DNA of 64,000 nucleotides, from the NCBI GenBank assembly GCA_963770935.1, contig CAVYRJ010000007.1:69105-133104 (forward strand). The letters run 5' to 3'. This stretch comes from Candidatus Bathyarchaeota archaeon. Lineage in GTDB: Archaea > Thermoproteota > Bathyarchaeia > Bathyarchaeales > Bathycorpusculaceae. The notes beneath the pieces were generated by a model. The model did not search any database. It was not told the DNA's origin and worked only from the letters and a program-made list of their open reading frames with translations. Numbering within the stretch: the stretch's first letter is position 1; every line of letters begins with the position of its first letter. Below, in pieces: positions 59,320-64,000 of the stretch. The position numbers were made by a program, and so were the translations under genes.

Positions 59320-59862
59320 GTGAAAGAATTGATCATTCGAGAAACAACCCCTGCGGACCTTCAAGACATACTCTATGTTGAACAAGAAGCATTCCGCCGA
59401 GATTCAGAGCCTCAGTTAACCAAAGACATGCTATCTGACAAATCCGCACAACCATACGTATCGCTACTGGCATACGTCGATAATCAGCCAGCGGGGCATA
59501 TCCTCTTCACCCACGGATACTTGACCAACAACCCAAAAGTTCAGGTTTCGTTTCTGGCTCCTCTGGCTGTAGTACCCAAGTTTCAGAGACAAGGAATTGG
59601 TGGTACACTAATCAAAAAAGGACTAGAAATTCTATCTAAATCAGGAATTGACTTGGTCTTTGTAGTTGGGCATCCGCAGTATTATCCACGGCACGGTTTT
59701 ACGCCAGCATCAAAACTTGGATTTGAACCAACATACCCAATTCCCAAAGAAGTTGCTGACGCATGGATGGTGCAGGCACTTCGCTCAGGCATAATCGGCT
59801 TCGTATTTGGCAAAGTGATTTGTTGTGACGTGATGAATAAGCCTGAGGTCTGGAGAGAATAA
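59320..59862 (+). CDS. GNAT family N-acetyltransferase
   Basis: AGHILF, LAPLAVVPKFQRQGIGGTLI, VVGHPQYYPRHGF. Confidence 0.93.
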   Translation: MKELIIRETTPADLQDILYVEQEAFRRDSEPQLTKDMLSDKSAQPYVSLLAYVDNQPAGHILFTHGYLTNNPKVQVSFLAPLAVVPKFQRQGIGGTLIKKGLEILSKSGIDLVFVVGHPQYYPRHGFTPASKLGFEPTYPIPKEVADAWMVQALRSGIIGFVFGKVICCDVMNKPEVWRE

Positions 59863-59977
59863 CATAGAAGTGTGTGTGCATAAAATTTAATCCCAACTAT
59901 TCTATACTTTCCAGAAAACTTTAAACGATATCTGAGCCTGCTATGGTAAGGTTTTTGTGCAGAGCGGTTGAATAGAC

Positions 59978-60827
59978 TTGAGCAGATTGTCGCTTCCCAA
60001 ATATCACATCTATATAGAATATGCCGAGCCAGAAAAGTCTGGGGTCCGCTTCAACGTTTCCCAAGAGGAACTTGACCGTACCTTCGCCACACCCTTCACT
60101 GCCGGACAGCCTTTCTGGTTTATGGGCAGACTCCTCAACCCAATTAAAGTCATCAAAGTCGTACTCTTCTGGTCCCACACAACAGCAGACAAATTAGCGT
60201 TGCCTAACCAAGAGAACCTCATAGCTGCCAAAGACAAAAAAAACCTCATCGAAAGTATCGTAAAAGGCAAAGTCAAAGGCGCTTACGTTTGCACAGAAAA
60301 ATTTTTGCCCTCGGCAAAGAAAAATACATTGTCCAACCAATCGGCAACCTCAACCTCAGGAAATTTGAGTCGCAGAATTATCGTTGTTTCCGGTGCAGAT
60401 AGCGAGATGAAGCAGGCTCTCACTGGAGCTTTAACTAAACTTTCGCTCATGCCTCTGGTTATGTGTGAAGAGCCAAGCCAAGGAAAAAAAATCCTGGAAA
60501 ACTTTAGCAGAGATTACGCCGATGTTGGCTTTTGCTGTGGTTTTGTTGTCACCGGACGATTTTGCATACGCCACAAATGAAGCCGCCGCAAAACGCAAGC
60601 TAAGACCTCAGCAAGACGTGGTTTTTGAACTTGGTTTTCTGTTAGGCAAGCTTGGCAAGGACAATGTAATTGTCTTCTGGAGGGAATGCGTAAACTTTGA
60701 GAGTCCCATCGATCTTGAAGGCATGAAAGTCACAGCCTTCGATGATCAAGATAGCTGGAAGCTTGCCCTCATACGTGAACTAACAAACTGCGGATACACC
60801 GTCAACGCCGATAGAATCCTAAAATAG
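59978..60827 (+). pseudogene. TIR-like nucleotide-binding protein (CAP12/Pycsar-effector TIR type) with unknown N-terminal domain, +1 frameshift at T4 60530-60533
   Basis: Removing one T gives EEPSQGKKILENF...YADVGFAVVLLSPDD...QDVVFELGFLLGKLG. Confidence 0.8.
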
Positions 60828-61004
60828 TCTGTCAATGCGCAAACACATAGTAAGCTTAGCCCTTTCTAACATAGTATTAGAGAAAATAGATAAGGGAGCT
60901 CTAACGAAAAAGATCAAGAAGCGAATATGTCGAGCTACATTATAAGACCCGTTTCTTCGCTAAAGAATTGGAAAACTGAACCTTACTTGAAGCCAATTTG
61001 CCAT

Positions 61005-62912
61005 TTAACTATTTGGTGGGGACAAACGTACTGTGAAAGTTGTTCCTTTGCCTTCTTGGCTCTCAAAAGAGACGGTGCCGCCTAATGATTCAGTCATGCG
61101 TTTAATTACTGCCAAGCCAAAGCCTTGACCTTTCGCTTTTGTAGTGAACATAGGTGTAAACAGCTTGCTTTTTACGTTTTCAGGAATGCCAACACCTGTG
61201 TCTTTAACCGATATGATCAAATCGTTTGCTTCTTTGTAAGCCTTTATAGTTAATTTTCCGCCTTTTGGCATGGCTTGAACAGCGTTATTTACCAAATTGT
61301 ACATTATTCGGTTTATGTAAGAGGAATCAGCCAAAAATTTTTTAGCGCCAGTTTCCGCTTTCACAGTTACTTTAATGTTTTCAGGCAAACCATTCTTTTT
61401 CAACAACTCATCAATTATGAGTTTTATGTCAGTTTCTTCTACATTTGGTTGTAGAGGTCTAGCAAAGTCTTGAAGATCTGCCACAATCTTGTTAATGTAA
61501 TCAATGTTCTTCTCAATTTCTGTTAAGCTTTCTAACGCATTTACTTTCTCATCACTCTCTGGAGTCGAGGCTAATTCAGTTTTAGCTAGAAAAATGTCGC
61601 TTATTATTGCCTGCAACGGGTTACGAATATCATGACCAACCATTCCCGCCGTAGCACCAATCGCAGCCAGACGTTCAGCATCTTTTAGTCTCTTAGCGCT
61701 TTCCTGAGCCAACTCTTCAGCTTTCTTTAGTTCGGTGATGTCTCTTGCTGCTGCAAAAACGCCTTGCCTTACGCCAGCTTCATTTGTGTAAATGGTAGCA
61801 TTGTACAATACATCGATTTTTTTTCCAGATTTATGCCTAATTGCCAACGGATAATCTCGTACAAACCCCTCATTGAAGACCTGCTTGTACCCCATTTTGG
61901 CTTTTTCAGGTTCTGTAAAGTAATTTGAGAAGTCGCTACCTATCAATTCTTCTCTTGAACAGCCAGTGGCAAGTTCGGTGGCTTGATTTACGTCGGTAAT
62001 TTTGCCCTCAGAATTAATTGTAACAAGAGGGTCTAAACTTGCTTCAAGCAAGCTACGCGAGTACATAGAGGCATCGCGTATTTGTTTCTCAGCGCGTTTA
62101 CGTTCTGTTATGTCGATGCCCATCTCGAGAATAAGATTTGAGCCGTCTGCTTCAATGAATTGAAAGTCATAAATGTCATAGTCGCGGCCATCCGGACCGG
62201 TCCATTCCCAGCGATGCGGACCATTAATCTTCAGGACCTTGTAAGTCTCACAATTCTCGCATGGTGATTCACGCTTGAAAAGAAAGTCGTAGCATCTCCT
62301 TCCATGAGACTCACCAAAACGCTCGCGAAAAATCTTGTTGGCAAAAGGCACACAATAGTCCTTATCGAGAAGAATAACGTAGACTGGAAGCGTTTCAAGA
62401 ACATTATAAAGACGCTGACGTTCAATAGAGACCTCTTCTGTGCGCTTACGCACCCTCTCTTCCAGTTCCTTGTTAAGTTTACTCAAAACTTCCTCAGCTT
62501 TCTTGCGCTCAGTAATGTCCTCGAACAAAGCCACGAAATGACCTTTCTCAGGACAATAAGCCACTACCTTGTACCACTTGCCTAAAGATTCAGCGCGATT
62601 CTCAAACTGTACCGGCTCTCCAGTTAAAGCAACCCGTCCGTAAACACCAATCCAATCCGAAGGATCCTTCTCAATGCCTGGGAGAACCGTGGTTACTTTC
62701 TTGCCTATGATTTTCTCTCTTTTAAGTCCCGTCATTTTTTCAAAAGCGTGATTGACCTCAAGAAAAATGTAATCAACTGGTTTTCCCGCCCCATCAACAA
62801 CAATTCTATGATAGGCAAAGCCATCAAGCATTTTGTTAAAAAACATATCGAATTGTTTCCGATCTACACCAACGGTTTTTGACCAGCCGCTCGCTAAAGC
62901 ATCGATTGCCAT
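61005..62912 (-). CDS. PAS-domain sensor histidine kinase
   Basis: Three PAS-like segments, H-box GHDIRNPL, N-box NLVNNAVQAM, DTGVGI, FTTK..GQGFGL. Confidence 0.95.
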   Translation of the reverse strand: MAIDALASGWSKTVGVDRKQFDMFFNKMLDGFAYHRIVVDGAGKPVDYIFLEVNHAFEKMTGLKREKIIGKKVTTVLPGIEKDPSDWIGVYGRVALTGEPVQFENRAESLGKWYKVVAYCPEKGHFVALFEDITERKKAEEVLSKLNKELEERVRKRTEEVSIERQRLYNVLETLPVYVILLDKDYCVPFANKIFRERFGESHGRRCYDFLFKRESPCENCETYKVLKINGPHRWEWTGPDGRDYDIYDFQFIEADGSNLILEMGIDITERKRAEKQIRDASMYSRSLLEASLDPLVTINSEGKITDVNQATELATGCSREELIGSDFSNYFTEPEKAKMGYKQVFNEGFVRDYPLAIRHKSGKKIDVLYNATIYTNEAGVRQGVFAAARDITELKKAEELAQESAKRLKDAERLAAIGATAGMVGHDIRNPLQAIISDIFLAKTELASTPESDEKVNALESLTEIEKNIDYINKIVADLQDFARPLQPNVEETDIKLIIDELLKKNGLPENIKVTVKAETGAKKFLADSSYINRIMYNLVNNAVQAMPKGGKLTIKAYKEANDLIISVKDTGVGIPENVKSKLFTPMFTTKAKGQGFGLAVIKRMTESLGGTVSFESQEGKGTTFTVRLSPPNS

Positions 62913-63058
62913 ATCTAAGCTTCACCTGACAAACCTTTAAAGATAGATACTCAGCAAATAACAGAACGCCCTTATTTGTTTTTTAAAAAAATTTCCGGAT
63001 GGTTCAGTTCTTTATTGCTTTTTCTCAAGCTTAATAGAGCAATTTAGAAGTAAAGGGA

Positions 63059-63124
63059 GTCAGCAGAAATAGCTGGAAACTTGACTTCATAAGTGAGCTT
63101 TCCAGCTGTGGGTTGGCAGTTGAC
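63059..63124. other. Predicted long stem-loop between the kinase gene and tRNA-Gly
   Basis: AGCTGGAAA (63071) pairs with TTTCCAGCT (63099-63107); inner ACTT-CAT-AAGT; outer GTCAGC / GTTGAC. Confidence 0.4.
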
Positions 63125-63226
63125 GTGGACAGGGTCCTAAAACAACCTCTTAGGTTTGATCGCAAAGTTTCTATATTAAATGAACTATCCCTATGCAATA
63201 GGCTATCGCATATAGCAGTAACAGTT

Positions 63227-63299
63227 GCGGTTGTAGTCTAGTTCGGTAGGACTGCAGCTTCCCAAGCTGTCGACTCGGGTTCAAATCCCGGCAACCGCA
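63227..63299 (+). tRNA. tRNA-Gly(CCC)
   Basis: Acceptor GCGGTTG/CAACCGC, anticodon arm GCAGC-TTCCCAA-GCTGT, T loop TTCAAAT, discriminator A. Confidence 0.96.
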
Positions 63300-63499
63300 T
63301 TCATATTTTTTAAAAGAAGCTTAATTTGAGCTTATTTGATAGCTATTAAATCTATAACCAGATTACACAGAGTTTGAAAAAACAGTCTGGAAAAATAAGG
63401 ATTTCTTGAAGCAGAAAAATAAGGATCAATTCAAAGCAATCTATCAAAACTTGCTTTAAAGTAGTAACGTTTTTCTCTGCCAGATTCAAAATAGAGAGT

Positions 63500-63931
63500 A
63501 TGTCTGCTAATAAAAAGAAAATGATTCTTGAGTGGAAAGGTAACTTTCGTTTTGAAGCAAAAAACCCCAATGGACTCACTGTCACTTTTGATGCGCCCAA
63601 AAAATATGGGGGAGATGAAACAGCGCCTTCACCTATGGAAACTCTTTTAGCGTGTCTAGCTGGGTGTACAAGTTTCGACGTTGTTAATATTCTAAAGAAG
63701 AAGCGTCAAAACATTTCGGGTTACTGGGTTGAAGTTGAAGGGGAAAGACGTGATGAACCGCCCGAAGTTTATACAAAAATCCAAATAAAATATGTAATCA
63801 AAGGAAAAAAAGTAAGTAAGGAAGCTGTTGAGCGAGCGATTCAACTTTCAAACGAAAAATACTGTTCAGTTGGAGCCATGCTCAGGAAAACAGCGGATAT
63901 AACAACTTCATACGAAATAATGCAAGAATAA
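63500..63931 (+). CDS. OsmC family protein (YhfA-like)
   Basis: PSPMETLLACLAGCTSFDVV.ILKKKR, AIQLS.EKYCSV. Confidence 0.92.
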   Translation: MSANKKKMILEWKGNFRFEAKNPNGLTVTFDAPKKYGGDETAPSPMETLLACLAGCTSFDVVNILKKKRQNISGYWVEVEGERRDEPPEVYTKIQIKYVIKGKKVSKEAVERAIQLSNEKYCSVGAMLRKTADITTSYEIMQE

Positions 63932-64000
63932 GCCAGACAATGCAAATCGCAAATGTCTACCAATTAGCCGTTAAACGACAATTTGCCTCCAAATTAACTA

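Noticed and set aside
27556-60827. Selenocysteine or pyrrolysine read-through as the cause of the split genes
   Set aside because: The breaks examined are frame changes, not in-frame TGA or TAG codons.
63192-63212. Imperfect palindrome TATGCAATAG-G-CTATCGCATA before tRNA-Gly
   Set aside because: One mismatch, AT-rich and a single occurrence; no supporting context.
63352-63600. 82-aa minus-strand ORF
   Set aside because: It overlaps the OsmC gene and its AT-rich promoter; no motif.

Overview
Archaeal chromosomal window, most likely Bathyarchaeia. This is inferred from gene content (Wood-Ljungdahl genes, PQQ-like beta-propeller surface proteins, an archaeal histone), not from a search. Left to right: nucleotide-sugar genes and guaA; Lrp with cysE/cysK; tRNA-Leu(GAG); argS; two convergent deoxyhypusine-synthase paralogs; an RLAN/ATP-grasp/GCS2 peptide-ligase locus; cofE, MetF-like and FrhB-like genes; a CODH accessory region (two CooC, NifX-like, OsmC, flavodoxin, SufCB); a complete cdhABCDE operon; a toxin-antitoxin pair; a histone; two convergent purine operons; and an accessory region with surface proteins, TrmB, CinA, a TIR-like protein, a PAS kinase and tRNA-Gly(CCC). 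Top leads: (1) a HAD / divergent-Ftr / PfkB triad, resembling methanogen EhaR/S/T, is fused into the purine cluster, which lacks a GAR formyltransferase gene here; (2) an unannotated 18-aa gene (MAKKPAKKVVKKAPAKKK) with its own promoter, SD and terminator sits divergent from the histone; (3) the toxin-antitoxin pair is flanked by a diverged second copy of the cdhE 3' end; (4) several genes, including purF, appear to need near-cognate start codons. No CRISPR array, rRNA or transposase was seen. All motif and identity counts were made by hand.
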